DNA of 61,733 bases, filler included, from Choristocarpus tenellus KU-1152 (lineage: Eukaryota; Protista; Phaeophyceae), in assembly GCA_964200185.2 (NCBI GenBank). It is 14 parts of 14 records of this genome, joined end to end, with 100 filler letters (N's around TTAATTAATTAA, not from the genome) between each part and the next. Parts side by side here need not be neighbours in the genome. Positions count along the whole stretch, not along the records: positions 12,384 to 18,567 come from CAXNAD020008732.1; positions 18,668 to 27,507 come from CAXNAD020004269.1; 12 more parts are not named here. One strand, given 5' to 3'. Each line of letters begins with the position of its first letter. Position 1 is the stretch's first letter. The position numbers and the translations under genes were made by a program. Positions 12,384 to 26,134 of this stretch are shown here, one piece after another. A model generated the notes under the pieces. That model made no database searches. It was not told the origin of the DNA and was given only the letters and a program-made list of their open reading frames with translations.

Positions 12384-15030
12384 CCCCCCCCCTCCAGAGG
12401 GCTCCCGTTGCCGCATGCCTCACCTCGATTAAGGCACAACCCCTTTGCTACCAGGTAAGAGACCAGCAGCGGTCGGGAAGCAACATCTATCGCACGGTTG
12501 CACATTCCCAGTGCCTGAAGGCTATCCTTCAACCGTCTGCCCTTTCCATTCCCCACTTCCCCAGAGGTTGAGAGAGAGGAGGACCCCTCGTTGGCAGCTC
12601 GTCCACGGCAAAGAGCACGCAGGGCTCGTTCAGGCTCACCTAGCCAATGCAGGGTTACAGCTTCCAGGAAAGCATCACGTTGGTGTTTGTGGTGGTCTCC
12701 CACAGGAGTTGGGGGAGGGGACGCGCTCCTGGTACCACCAAAGGAAGCAATAACCCTACGTCGCTTCATGTCCAAATGTCTAGGGATGGGGGTAGGTAAG
12801 GTTTTGGTTGAGGGGATCGAAGAGGTAAAAAGGTGAGGTAAGGGTTAGGGGTAAGGGTTAGAGGTAAGGGAAATATCACACCATGATTAATTGACTCTTG
12901 TGCGGTCACAGAGGTCAAATTCAAACCCAGAGAAAAAAAAAATTCTACTGCAGGATGAACAGAATACAGAATGAATCAAAAAAGGCGCTAATGCACAACA
13001 ACAACAGAAAAAATATCGACAGGGGAGATAGAGGGACAAGGGAAAGGAAGAGTCGCTTCCAACACACAAATGCACAGGAGTCTTGACTAAGATAAGAGAA
13101 CCCTCCCCCGCCGGTACTGCATAAATAGTGTGCAACTACCCGAGTCATACCACAACAGATTGGCAGAGTGGACAACCCTCCCTTGGTAAGAGGAGGCAAC
13201 GTGCATCAGTGAGGGGGTAAAACATGAAGTTCCATGATCAAATAGTACAATTCAAATTCGAATAGCACTAGTGAATCCTAAGGTTAGGGTTAGGGTTAGG
13301 GTTAGGGTTAGGGTTAGGGTCAACAACGACGGTTCTCGGTGCTGGAACTATATTGCAATATCAATAGTCGGGGACACGGTGTCCTGTATTGAATCTTTCA
13401 TCCAGTCAGATAACTTTGCAGTTCCAAATTAAGGCATTCGCGTGAACAACGACCCGTGTGCCGTTGAGTCTGGTACTCCATCTTCGTGTGTACGTTACTG
13501 AAGCACTGAAAATGCTGATGAACCCACCCCATACCCCCCAACCTACCCATACACCGCCTAGCCTCAACCCCACTCCCTCCACATCTCAAAAACAAAACCC
13601 CAGTTACCTTAGCCAGCTCTTTGCCACTGTGGCCCCCTCCCCGTCATAAGTGGGTAGAAACTCCTCCCTCAGCAACTTCCTCGATGCTCCATCTAGCAGC
13701 AACTCGAGCCCCTCACCCACCCGCTCCCACCCGCCTCCTGATTCTGCACCCACCTCCCCATTCCAACCCTCCTCTCCTGCTGCAATGTCCTCTGCATCCC
13801 GCCGCTCCACTAGCCTTGCAACTAGCAACGCCAGCTGGAGGTCCTTGGTGTGCACAAGAATCACCTGAAGGCAACGGTCAGCCAATGAGGCGATCAAAAA
13901 ATGTCTTCAAGCACATAAAGAGTTCAATTGGGAGAGGGGGAAGAGGGATGGGGGGACGGCCTTCATCCACTGATGGACAAGTTGAAATTGTGTCAGCAAG
14001 GAAGAGACCCCGGGAGGAGCAGTGGTATGGGAAAGAGGTAAGGGCAAGGCTGGAAGAAGATATTGACAGGTGAAGTCTGGATACAACCACCGCATTTCCA
14101 CATCTGATCCTGTCCCTCCTAATCAAAAGGTCAAGGCAGGCATTAAGGTCTTGTGTAAGCGTGAAGTTGTAGACTTCGTTGGCAGCATGTAACACATCCT
14201 GAATCACTTGAAAGTATTCCCTCGAGAGCTCTTCATTGGTGGTGACACAGTTGCATCCTCCAAAGAAGAGGGAATACAAAACACACAGGAATATTGTTAA
14301 AACTCCTAGCTATTTCATTGCGTGCCCTAAACACAAAGATAATACAAGACCGTGAACAACACAACTCCTACACACCTGCAATGCCTCCTTCAGCATGGCA
14401 GGTCGAGCCAATAAGAACACAGCTGCAGCAGCCTTGTACCTCCTTTTACGCAGTAGAATGTAGGCGTTCTTTTCCGAAACTGCTCGACCCTGGGGGGTAG
14501 TGAAGTCATGCGCCAGCAGTCGCTCCAAACGCTGCCCTGCACTGGCCCCCTCGGCTACAAAAAGGCAGGCAATCCATCATGAGGAGGACGGCAAATGTGG
14601 CAAAGGTCGAACAGGGGCAAAAGCACATGTATACTTCACAACAAAATACTCTGAAGCAAATAAAATATTCAGTTTGTGTGCAGGAGTCACACCTTCAGTC
14701 ACACCCAGTCCCATCCCTCAACCAAAGATTTTGGCACAATTCCCCCCCCCCCCACCTACAATGTATCTTGTGCTATCTCTCCCTTCCCCCACGCTCCATC
14801 CCCTAATCCAACCCCCTCAGATCTGCCCATACTTGCATTCCCAGTCCACATGCCTCACCCCTGCCTCCTGCAGTGTGAAGACTTCGTTCAGACCCACTCA
14901 GAGCCCGGCTTCCAACAAAAGGCTTATCAGCCTTTGCCAGTGCTAGAAGTGTCCTCTCTTTGCCCAGAATCACAAAAAAGAGGGCCGCCTGAAAGCAAGG
15001 AAGGTGTGTGGGGGGGGGGGGGGGGGGGGG

Positions 15031-15061
<31 letters not shown>

Positions 15062-17513
15062 AGAGCTAGTCCAGTGAAGCCCGGGGGACAGGAGAGAAGA
15101 GAGAAGAGAGAAGAGAGAAGGGGCTGGGTTGGACCAATGCTGAGAATCTGGTTTCCACACTGGCAGGGTCGAGAAGTCAGATGGAGGCAAGTAACCATGA
15201 CCCAAAATGAAGAGAGGGGTGTGGGTTGATTGGATGATAAGATGGAAAATGCTGATGCTACAGTAAGAAAAGGGGAAGGGGTGTGTGTCAATGCATCAGA
15301 CAGACCTACCAGCGCAATCGGGTGTGCATTATAGGAGAAGAAGGGGCCAACACACAGAGAAAGCAGAAAACGTAGGGTGGAAGTCCTATGAAAAAAAACA
15401 AAAATATTTTTTGGGAGTTGTTGATGCGACGTGAAATAATATATTGTTTCTAACATATTTTGTTGTCACTAGTCACGAGATCCCGTCATTTAAGTTCATT
15501 TCATGCCACAGCACCTTTAAGGACCACTTCAAAATCATCTTTGCCACTTGATAAGAGTACTGTACCAACCAAATTAGTCAATTGAAAATCAGATTCCCCG
15601 GATGTGAGGACAAAGGAGGGAAGATTAGGGAAGTTCCCTCAACAGCATGAATAGCACCCCTGCCCAAGCCTGCCTCTGGCACATCCACCCCCATCACCCA
15701 CTGTGGCGTACTCTGCCTCCTGTCAAAATTCTGTTTAACTTGTTCAACATAGCTACCGCAGCAAGACCAGCACTCACTTTGGGAACCCTTTGGGGATGAG
15801 GTATGGGGCAGAGGGACACCAACAGTTCACTGACACAACGAACTATTCACAGGAAATTTGTGTGCCATACTTCAAACCCTTGAACTGTTCTGTTGTCTAG
15901 ACTCCATATGCTTCTACCCCACAGAATTGGAGCATGTACACATGTACACTTCAAACATAGATGATTACATAGGCTGGAGACATTCCACTCACCGACATAA
16001 GGTCCTTGTCCTGTCGAAAGGTATTGGCTGCTGCCACCTCCGTAACTCTCCGCAACTCCCCAATATCCTTCACCCATACCGGCAACAGGAGCGCCCTGGC
16101 TTCATCCCAAGTCAGACCCCCACTCCCCCTGCCCCCAGCTTCAGCCCCTACCCCAACCCTTGTCAGAGGGCACACCTCTTCAAGTACAGAACGTTGCATG
16201 TCAGAAGAGGACAGGAGCATCGCCAGTGCAGCCGACGAAGCCACCTTATCTGCCTCCACACCACTCCAACTTAACCCTGCCCCATTCACACTCTCCACAC
16301 CCCCACCCTCCGCCTTTACCTTGTTCTTGGCTATGAGGCGTTCACGCAAGCCTCGTGCCAGTAGAAAAATCCTCACACAAGAATCCCACCGCACAGAACT
16401 GTCCATCCCAAGAGCACTCCGATCCCTACCCCTACCTACCTCAGCCCCTGGAACCTTCCCAGTGAAGGAGGAGACCCTGGCGCTACTAGCCATGCTACTA
16501 ACCATGCTAGTAGCCATGGAGGGTTGTGACATGGTGGGTTTTCGTGCCCCAGAGAAATTGAACATGGCTGCAGCTGTCTGTGGAGCATCAGACTCAACAG
16601 AATCAGTTGTTCCAACAGACGTAACAGCAGATCCATTGACATTGGCTGCAGAGGAACTTGTCGAGGCCTTATTGCTGTCAGCCAGAGCTTCATCAAGTAA
16701 CGCCTTCAGCGCCAAAAGTTCCTGTTGGGAGAGCCCAAGGAGGCGGGATGGAACCCCCATTCCATTGATACTCCCTCCACCCTTACAACTGCTGACACCT
16801 CCCAAGGATGAGGAAATCTTCGCAGTTCCTAAGGGGGGTTTCACACCCAGACCTGACAAGCCTCCATCTTGGTGTACATTTGACCCACCCTTAGCAGTGC
16901 CACTCTCCCCAGCTGCTGCAGACATAGCAATGAGGTGAGTCTCCAGATTTGACCTCAACACAGTGAGCACATCAATACCCCTTTCCGCCCCACCATCCCG
17001 GCCCATGCCCTCCTTGACCCCTTCAGCAACCACTGCTGCTGCAGCCTCTCTTGCAAGGAATGGTACGATGGTGCCTGCGGTGACACCAGGCTCCTTGCCC
17101 TGCTCCCCCAAACACACCCAGCGCAGCACAGAAAGAACCATGCCCCGACCTCTCTCCCATGCCTCTTCCCCCCCCACACCATTGGCAAGTTCCAGCTCTG
17201 ACCCTCTTCCAGGGGGTCCTCTCTTGTTGCTACTTTCAAGGAGACTTGAGCACCAAAGGACCAGAAGGCTCTCAGGGTGCCAGTCCTCCAGGCCCCTCTC
17301 CTCCTGTGATGTGCCACCACGGAGTCTAGACATCTCCATGCGGGAAAGGGGAAGCTCTGCTGGCATCTTCGGAACAGGATCACCGCTCACACCACTTCCC
17401 CCACCACCATGGGCAGCGCTTGCGCCTCCTCCGGACTGCACCACGGGCAATGGCTGGCGTCGTGATCGAACCAGGGAGAGAGCCATGTTCCTCTGGTACT
17501 TAGCCAACAACCC
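12384..17513 (-). CDS. DMXL: RAVE complex subunit Rav1 / DmX-like (rabconnectin-3 alpha), internal exons 17513-15993, 14988-14859, 14554-14376, 13864-13608, 12779-12384
   Basis: Rav1p_C motifs LPVWVKD...EVAAANTFRQDKDLMS|AALFFVILGK...LLAHDFTTPQGRAVSEKNAYILLRKRRYKAAAAVFLLA...EALQ|VILVHTKDLQLALLVARLVE; all GT-AG junctions phase-compatible (0,1,0,2). Confidence 0.92.
13281..13320 (+). repeat. Interstitial (TTAGGG)n, ~6 units, inside a DMXL intron
   Basis: Perfect ttaggg array. Confidence 0.95.
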
Positions 17514-18126
17514 CTACAATAGCAAGAAGTGAGAAAACACCAAAAAGAGTCAGAAGCATAGGGGGGACGGGGGACGGGATGTGTAAGTGATGAACACTGA
17601 CAAGAGGAATGAGAGCGAGTAATGCTACATGTGTTAGTGAGCTTGGCATGATACAACATGTCACCAGTCCTCTGGCCCTCTTTGTTCCTCAAGAACTGAC
17701 GAAACCCCCTCGCGCAATACACGACAGTAGGACATCCACATCCACATCCACATCCACAACAACAACAGCAACAACAACAAGGAGAACAATCAAAGAGTTG
17801 CAGAAAAAGCGAATGAGATACATCGAAGTGCATTTCATACTTAATTAAAACCTGCGCATCCTACTATGGAAGATAATGCATCTCTCTTTTCACCCAAGCA
17901 AACAAACACCCAGCAACGGCGCCTCCAGCTTCACAATAACACAAGCAGTGCCCAGACTCATTCGCCTCCCTAATATTGAGAATCAAAAGCAATGATAGAT
18001 GTAAGCCAAATCAGCTCGAAAAACGTCCATGCACTCGCCTATAAACAAGGCACACACATGGCACACAGTTTAACCCCCACAGAAGCACCGAGCTCCATGA
18101 GCAGATGCATCACAAGCATTGACACA

Positions 18127-18160
<34 letters not shown>

Positions 18161-18676
18161 TTCAGTTCTTTCTTCTAATCGATCCTGACTGATCCAATCG
18201 TAGCAATCCAATCACTGAAGATTCACAACACTATATACGCACCTCCCGCCAGTCCAAGATCATATGACACACTTCATGTCCATCCCATACAGACGACATA
18301 CACATTCGTACGTCAACAAAACCAACTCTTCCATAACACTACTGCATACACAAACAGTACAACAACCAAGACCAAGCGTACCCCATAACCACGGTCCTTG
18401 AAACACTCCCTTTCACACCAACCTCCTCCGTCCCGCCTATCACTCTTCAAAAAACCTATGCATCCACACCTCTACACTACCAAACAAACACGGATAAAAA
18501 ACTCTCCCCCCTTCCCCCCCCCCCCCCACCCACGTGTCACACCTGGCAGAACTCTCGCAACCCAGCTNNNNNNNNNNNNNNNNNNNNNNNNNNNNNNNNN
18601 NNNNNNNNNNNTTAATTAATTAANNNNNNNNNNNNNNNNNNNNNNNNNNNNNNNNNNNNNNNNNNNNGAGGGGGGG

Positions 18677-18735
<59 letters not shown>

Positions 18736-20299
18736 GGTGACTTAGTGGGAGCATTATTGTGTGCTCTGAATTGTGACATTGGGCACCTATGGAGCAAGCA
18801 AATTGGTGGTAGAAGGCGTTTGGCGATGCTCTTCAACACGGTGTTGGGCTGTATATATTATGTACAGTGATTGTGTTTCTCATATTTCCTGGGATTTGTT
18901 GGTAGTCTATTGCACAGCAGTAGTTGGGTTTGCTCAGAGGACCTGCAGGTCTTGCCTTCATACAGTGTTTCCCTTGTGCTGTGTCCAATTTAAGAATAAG
19001 TCGTTAGCTTGTTGAGTCGTTGTACAGGCTCTAGAGGAAGAGCAATAGGTGATGGCGGTGGCCTTTGATGTGTCATCCTAAAGCCTTACTGCTCATTGTT
19101 TTGTCATTGTTTTGGGGTGGGGACATTGCTACTCTCCTCTTTTAGAGAACAATCTTGCTCCTTCTGCTGTCATGTGAATGGTCAGTTGTCTATATACAGC
19201 TGCATCTCCATGCTGGTTGTTTGCATTGTGAACTTTGTACTTTGTGGTTATTGGTGTGACCTAGTTATTGCTTCAGTCATCCTTTTCATCTGCAACAGCG
19301 GTATGGAGGTTTTTGATGAAATGATATCCTTCCTAAAAACTCGATGTTGGAAAGGCTTTTGGACCTGCTCCTCAAATGTGTCCCCAATATTTTTGGGGAT
19401 GCATCATGTGTTGTAGTGGACTAGAGGACCTCCTAAGAGTGACTCAATGTCAAACAATATCCAACTCTCCTCTTTAATGTTGAATCTTTGGAACCAGGTC
19501 GACACTGTCAAGAAGTCAAAATACTGGGAGGAGAGTTGGGGGAGGCAATTTGTAGGCGTTACTGTACCTACTCAGTACATACAAACACACCTACAAAATA
19601 AATGGATCTAGTGTGGGAAATGGGCAATGCCTTCCAAGGTTTGGCAACATCCTGTGTTTTCATGGCATAGTTGTGCACAATCACAGTACACTATGCACTC
19701 ATCCTAAAAAACGGATGTGGGTATACATAGGGTAGTTTGGGGATTCTGGAAGCAACAATGGACACCTGTCCAGGCTGGAGGATCATGACCACGTGAATCA
19801 CCTTGGTGTTGATTGGGAAATCCATGTATATTGTATGCAATTTTATCCCTCCTAGGGAATCATGCTTTCACTCTATCATCTTTGACACCTCCTTTGGGAG
19901 TCGTTTGTCCTCTATCCCACATCCAAAGACATGTGGAGGGACACAAGGTACAGAAGCACTGAACACAGTATGGCCATGATGGTCCGGCCTTAGGTTCTGG
20001 TGTGTCTCTGAATCAAAGCAGTCAGATCTCACCTACAGGTGTGATGATTGTTGAGGGCAATTGCTCATGATTCGTTTATTTGACCTATGGTCTTGGGGCT
20101 GCAAGGGTTCATATCACTTGTTTCAAAGTATTCTCTTGATGAGAGTGGTTTGTCTTCTACCCTAGGACTTGTGGTTGCTGTTTACATCAGTTTGTCATTG
20201 CACTGGAATCCGAAAATGGTCTCATTGAAAGGTTCTACTACAAAGGCCTCAATATTAAGCTGCTAGGTTCCTAATAAGGACTGATCTGGCCAAGAAGGA

Positions 20300-21560
20300 T
20301 TACTCACATCCGAATTGAAATACCCCCTCCTAGCCACTCCGGCAAGGTATGTATGCTTTAAGCTGCTGGCATTGTGTCTAGGGTCGAGAGAGTTCTTACC
20401 AAGACGATTATAGTGATTGTAAAGGTGCCAAGGTCATTCGGGGTGACCGTGTTTTGGAGTTGAAGACAGAGACCTTAAAAGCCTTCAACCACCAACTAAG
20501 ATCCCAGGCATCACGCAGACACGGGTGCTGGGCCAGCACTAAAAGCAGACAGATAAGTATGTTTTATCTTGGAGGCATGATCAGTGGTGAAGATGACATT
20601 ACTATCAAGATCAGTCGAAGGGTAATAAAAATCTGGGGTTGTTTCACAAGTACAGCCAAGTGTTTGAGACCCAAAGTATCTGGGGTGGGGGGGGGGGGAT
20701 CTACACCACCAGGGTGTCCGTTTGACCAAAATCAGGAAAAGTACATTTACATGATGTATCCAACGTATGGAACCAAATCACCCAAAAATCGCGCTAATAT
20801 GAAAAAATTGGTCCCAAATGGACAGCCGCCACCCCCCCCAGAGATACTTTGAGCCAGGGTCAAAAACGGACGCCGGCATCCTCCCCCAGATATCTTTGAC
20901 CCAGGGTCAAAAACGGACGCCGGCATCCTCCCCCAGATATCTTTGACCCTTGATTATTATTTGTGACGGGACCACAAGGCTTATTTATCACTTGGGCTTA
21001 AGATTCAAAAGTTCAATGCCGATGCACTTTGAGGTTCTGTAGTACGGTTTTGCGGCACAGACACTCTGACTTCCAGGTCCTCTATATGATGCTTCACTCC
21101 CTCCACAACGAATTCCTCCTACACTACTGTGTTGGACTTCGCAAACAAACACACTGGTCACAGCCCGCCCTACAAAGATGACTTTGTGACAACTGTGTGT
21201 GAGAGTGCTGAGGTGACTGCGAAAGAGAGGCTCTCATTCATATCGTCAGTTGCATGCATGGGGTGATGATGAGCGATTTCCCAATGTGATCATGTTTGGG
21301 TAGCTCAAAGCTCCAAAACGGAAGTAAGGTGGATAGGAGAGGAATGGGTGGGCAGAAGTGCCTGCAAGAGAACCTCACAAATTTTGGTATCATGTTTGAG
21401 GGATGGAACACAGGGGCATCGAACCAACACAGGAAGTAGTGTTGGCGACACAACAACCTTCTTCATGGCAAAGTGGTATTCAAAGGATGCTGTGATATGT
21501 TCATTACTTTGCTTTGAAGCAGAACAGGGCACATCCACACTCGCCACCAAGACCATACCA
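20300..21560 (+). mobile_element. Degenerate RTE-type LINE (RT C-terminus and 3' end)
   Basis: FYLGGMISGEDDITIKISRRVIKIWGCF; CESAEVT; QKCLQENLTNFGIMFEGWNT...FFMAKW; interrupted by MITE B. Confidence 0.7.
20668..20949. mobile_element. MITE family B (poly-G) with tandem-duplicated right end
   Basis: GACCCAAAGTATCTGGGG ... CCCCAGAGATACTTTGAGCC plus 2x ~46-bp unit ending TTTGACCC; whole composite flanked by TSD TTGA. Confidence 0.85.
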
Positions 21561-22499
21561 GTTTGCTGAATGCTGGTTTCTCGTGGCCTTTCTCTTTTGG
21601 GAGTTGGTTAAATGCTTGCATTCCATCTATTCCATATTTGGTTTACATGTGTTGAGTGTTGCTTTCGGATTGGATGGACTTGGTATGACCGGAAATATGT
21701 ATATGTTTGCAATTACACCCTACAAATAGCTTCTCTTCCTTACCCTAGTAGATGCACTTGATACTTCCACCTTCGTTACGTTTTTCTTCAATAAAAAGTC
21801 TTCTCCTCCTTTCCGATTGTGTTTATTCTTGCATAATACTCCAAGTATTTGTACCTCTCAGACCAAATTACGTTGATTGGCGCTACACAATTCACTCACC
21901 TACCCCTCCTCACGACCAACCACATTTCCCATGTCCCACGTGCAGCCCAATTCGGTCCTCCACAAGAAGGCACAGGCCCAACTTGTAACACCGTTCATCT
22001 CCGTAAGGTAATCTGTTGTCATTTAAGCCTATACATTCGTACATTCACACACACATACACACAACTGCTCGTACATGCAAGCAAGAGCATGGACACAGCA
22101 GGTGCGCAAACTGCCCGTTACGCACAATGCACCCCTTTTCCTCTTCGGAGTGATTTCATCCATTGAGCACAAGGGTCGGTTATACGACGTATACACTATC
22201 TTCATCATATAACCCATTTCTCCCGCCTATATCAATTAGAAGTCATCCTTTCTCCAAAGACACACTTGCACACTAAATGGGTTTGTCGTTAGAAGTATTA
22301 CTAGTTGAGTGGAGAAAAGGCAGTTCCAGTGAGAAGCTGATTCGACTCCTCAAAAAGTACTCTCATAAGGAGCAACATTTGTATGCCCATGCAGTTTTCT
22401 ACTACTGCGAATAGTATCACCCCTATGCAAGTAACCTAAGTGCCTAACTAAACAATTCTACTGGTGTTGCTGCTGCTATTTTTGGGGTACTATTATGAC

Positions 22500-22923
22500 T
22501 GTTACAGGACGCTCTAAAAGCTTACCTCCACGGGATGTATAGCTCTAATTCACAGATCTCTAGATGATACTGATGCTCGTATAAGGCTCCCAGAATAATC
22601 CGACAGTCGAAAGGTCCAATGAACGTCAGGTCAGCAGATGAAATATAACTTTTCTTAATCAATAACCGTGCATCAGAGTGGTATCAAAGTCAAGAAAAAT
22701 GAAAAAGTGGGGCATTGTTCATGCATCACTCTTTTGTTTCTTTTATTATTATCTACCATTTACTTGTTCTGGTTATAGACGTTGGAATACATCTGAAAAC
22801 CGTTGCATACATGACCGAGTTACAGATCTTACTCTGCAACTTTTAGCGAGGTTCCCCACGCGTGTATACTGCTTGAGCTTGTTAGATCGCGGGAAGAAAT
22901 AATTGCGCTACCCGCCTGTAACA
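22500..22923. mobile_element. TGTTACAGG...CCTGTAACA element (Ginger-like non-autonomous element or gypsy solo LTR)
   Basis: TG...CA ends with 9-bp inverted repeat; perfect 4-bp TSD TGAC; homologous to 51426 and 54206. Confidence 0.8.
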
Positions 22924-23514
22924 TGACTGCTCTTCCCTAAGTGGACGTGCCCTCCCAACGATAGGAAAAATATGTAGGGTTCCTAGGGACCCCGCCTGCT
23001 TGCTTGTAGGAGGTTGTGAAGGATCTCAAGAGGTACGGCATCCAAAAGTTGGGACCTTGAGAAGGATCAGCTGATTTCTTCTCATCCCTTTCAGAACAAG
23101 GAAAATAATATATCTATGCCATTATTCGAACCTGGAGACAATTATCATGCCACTAGACGATGGATTGGGGAGAGAGAAAGGAAAGGGACAGGATATGCAG
23201 GTGTGGAGATGGTCCCGGGTCTGGGATTACTGGACTAGGTCCTCTCCTACCCTTCTTTGACACTGGTAAGGTCTTATGATCAACTTTCGCAGTACACAAC
23301 AAATATGGATTAGCTTTCAAGCAATACATTGTGCTGGCGGACTTTGGACACGTTTTTCTTTCTAGGAGTTGGACCTTGGCACTGGTGCTGGTATTTTCTG
23401 GACAACGGAGTGATACACCTGATGTCTAAGCCTTGTTTGAGTCACCCAGTTTTCTTTTTTGCATTTTTCTCTTCTTTCTTCGGGTGCATTTCTTTCATCG
23501 ATCTATTTGTCCAT

Positions 23515-23769
23515 GAGTGAAAGTATCTTAAGGTCACGATTGTTGCCTTGTTTGTCCGTTTGGGGCTTGGGTTCCCACGGTTTTTTTATGACACTTTATC
23601 TACTCCGAAATATGTCGAAGTGTATAAATGTATACGTTATGAAAAGGTGTGTCTGGAACAAGAAAACTGACAGTTCCTTAGAAACACGATAACCAACATT
23701 ACATCAAAATGACAACATTGGATTTTGGTCCCCAAACAGACGGCTCAACCCTCTAAGATACTTTGACTC
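23515..23769. mobile_element. MITE family A
   Basis: GAGTGAAAGTATCTTAAG...CTCTAAGATACTTTGACTC; TSD not intact. Confidence 0.88.
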
Positions 23770-24232
23770 CACCTTTCAATAGTGGTACCAATACCTTATG
23801 GCTCTGCAGTTGTCCGTCATAACTTTTGATGTAGACACTGGATTTAAATATAACTACGTAGTCGTGATGCCCGTCACAGGGCCCTCCAGAGTAGGGGCAT
23901 CGTTTTTTTGTCGCCATTTGTTTTTTTCAGAAAGGCGCTCATATTGGGGTTCGAACCCTGGATTGTAGGTCACCAAGAGTGGGAACAGACGTATCATTCC
24001 TTGATTAAAGTATCACTGGGTAGGCCTAACCCTAAACGACAACCAAACAAACGACCCACACAATGAATGCTAAGTGTAAATGTAACTCTTGTCTTCGTCT
24101 GCCACCAGGAATTCCGAATTTGCTGGGCGCCTATGAGACTTGTATGTCTTGTACTCCTTGTCCGCTTCTGGTCCAGTGGCAGCCCGTCTTGAAGTAGACA
24201 AGATGGTGCGTGTACGCCTTCTTGTAATACTT

Positions 24233-24577
24233 CTACACGACCCAAACTGCCTGCCTATCCTCAGCTGGTTTCAAGCTCAAAGGAACGTTTTTTCGGAGTA
24301 TGTCCGAAGAATAGGTACAATGCTGTTGTAGCCAGTGCTTTGGTCGACCCCACATGAGCTCAATGGGGTTGAGCTCACGGTGATACTTTGGGAGCATTAG
24401 ACATACCCTTCCGTACCGCTCGACAAGAACCTGAACACTAGGAACTACCTCGTTGAAGTCCCTCTGCTCTCCAAGCTCATGCAACATGCTTTTGCTTGGG
24501 TTGTGTTTCTCTCCCTTCCCCCCGTCCTTCGTCATTCCGGGTTCTAACAGCCCCCTTTCCCACAAAATTTGTTGCAT
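24233..24577 (-). mobile_element. IS630/Tc1-type transposase relic (LPKxHxELNPIE family); remnants probably extend ~23990-25440
   Basis: QQILWERGL...LGEQRDFNE...LMLPKYHRELNPIELMWGRPKHWLQQHCTYS..LRKNVP = C-terminal catalytic E motif. Confidence 0.75.
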
Positions 24578-25451
24578 CCCCTGAAGCTTCCCTACATAGT
24601 CGATGGCTACCTCTACCTTCCTTGTGACCTCTTCGAACTAAAGAATTTGGTGGTAGCGAAATATCTCCATTCTTGCAAGTGTAACGATCGCTTTCTCCTC
24701 CGCCTTGCGAGCCCTTTTGACCTTCTTTCAGGCTTCAGATCCCTTACAGCCCAACCCTAACACCTTATTTCTCGTTTCCTCAAGCCGCTCCGGCTCACAC
24801 AGCTTCCAAACAGCCAGGGTCTGCTGCAACGTCAACTACTAAGATATTCCACACCTGGATTTTCGCTTGGGCATTTCCTGAGCGCAATGGCACGCAGTCG
24901 CACTGCTCTCCTCCCCAAACTTCCCTTTGGCCGGCCACCCTGGTTCTCCCTTCACCCACCGAGACCAGGCTTCCCCATAGACTTCGTCATTGTACCACCT
25001 GGTGATGCACTAGCCGCTTTCCCGAGACGGCATAGACTGCGGAGCAGTGCTCTGAATCGGTTGAAGATCCAATGCATCTACCCATGTTTGTGTGGTAATG
25101 CTTTCAATGCATCTTATCTCAGCGTCAATGTCGCAGCCGCGTGGTCCATTTCGCGATTTGATCATGCTGCTGTGACACAGTACACGCACTTTCTCATCAC
25201 CTAATATCGCACTGAGTGTCACACGGTACTTGTTTTTCTATTGCCTCTCGACAGAGAAGGTGCCGAGGGTAGATCCAGGGGGCAGAGTGGCCTCGATGGC
25301 TCTCCTTTTCTCACCGTCGTGGTCCATGTTGCTGTGCGGGTCACCTGTGTGTGTGCTCAAAGAAAGTCTGCGAAAGGCGTTAAAAAGATGTCCGAGAATC
25401 TTGTTTTTTTTATAGGTATGCCCAAACGCACCGAATATTAATAGGGGCCTA

Positions 25452-25571
25452 TCCCGACCAGTTTTTTGCGGGGAATTCGGCAACCACTTCATTTTTGTAC
25501 CTTTTGAGGTTGTGACCATCAAAATTGCGCCCAAGTTATCCTCCTGCGTTTTTGCCATTCTTTGATCGGGA
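25452..25571. mobile_element. 120-bp MITE with TA TSD (Tc1/mariner-type)
   Basis: TA|TCCCGACCA ... TGATCGGGA|TA; 8/9 terminal inverted match; single copy in window. Confidence 0.5.
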
Positions 25572-26134
25572 TATTATAGTTCCCATTCACTGGGCTTAAT
25601 ACATTCCTGCATACAAATCTTCAACCCTCCTCTCGGCATAAGCGTTCATTTGATATTTATATTGTTGCATAACTCTCCTGACCCGACAGTGAAAAAAAGC
25701 AAGATTGCCACAGGACGCTAATCTATTGGTATCACTTTATCTATTTATTGCTTTCTCTGCTCAAATATAATTGCAACCCCTAACGAATAAAAAAGACTCT
25801 ACCAGCTACTGAGGTGCCTGGCAATACGCAGCAACCCAAAACGAGTTAAACCAATCGAGAGCCAGGTAGGTTTTTATAATCATTTGCACTGTTTGCCATA
25901 TTTCCTACTCTGTATTGTACACTCTAGTTCATTGCTTTATGTGCACAATGGTGTTCGGGAAATTGATGTTCCCTCCTTCCACGCACGGGGTGACACCACA
26001 CTGAAGCAAAAAGGTGTTTCTGAAATTGTACAAAACGGCGTCTTTTGCCCTTTCTCGGGATCCTTAACATGCAATCCTGCCTGCCTCTCAACTGATTTCG
26101 CTCAATACCTAGTAACACAATGTATATCTTCATA

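Noticed and set aside
13878-14279. 133-aa ORF within a DMXL intron
   Set aside because: Flanking exons join directly in phase across a conserved motif; no recognisable domain
16006-17532. Long plus-strand ORFs (310 aa, 189 aa)
   Set aside because: Antisense shadows of the GC-rich DMXL exon
17850-18740. Low-complexity C/A-rich and poly-G stretches with proline-rich ORFs
   Set aside because: Contig-end homopolymer or low-quality sequence; no coding evidence
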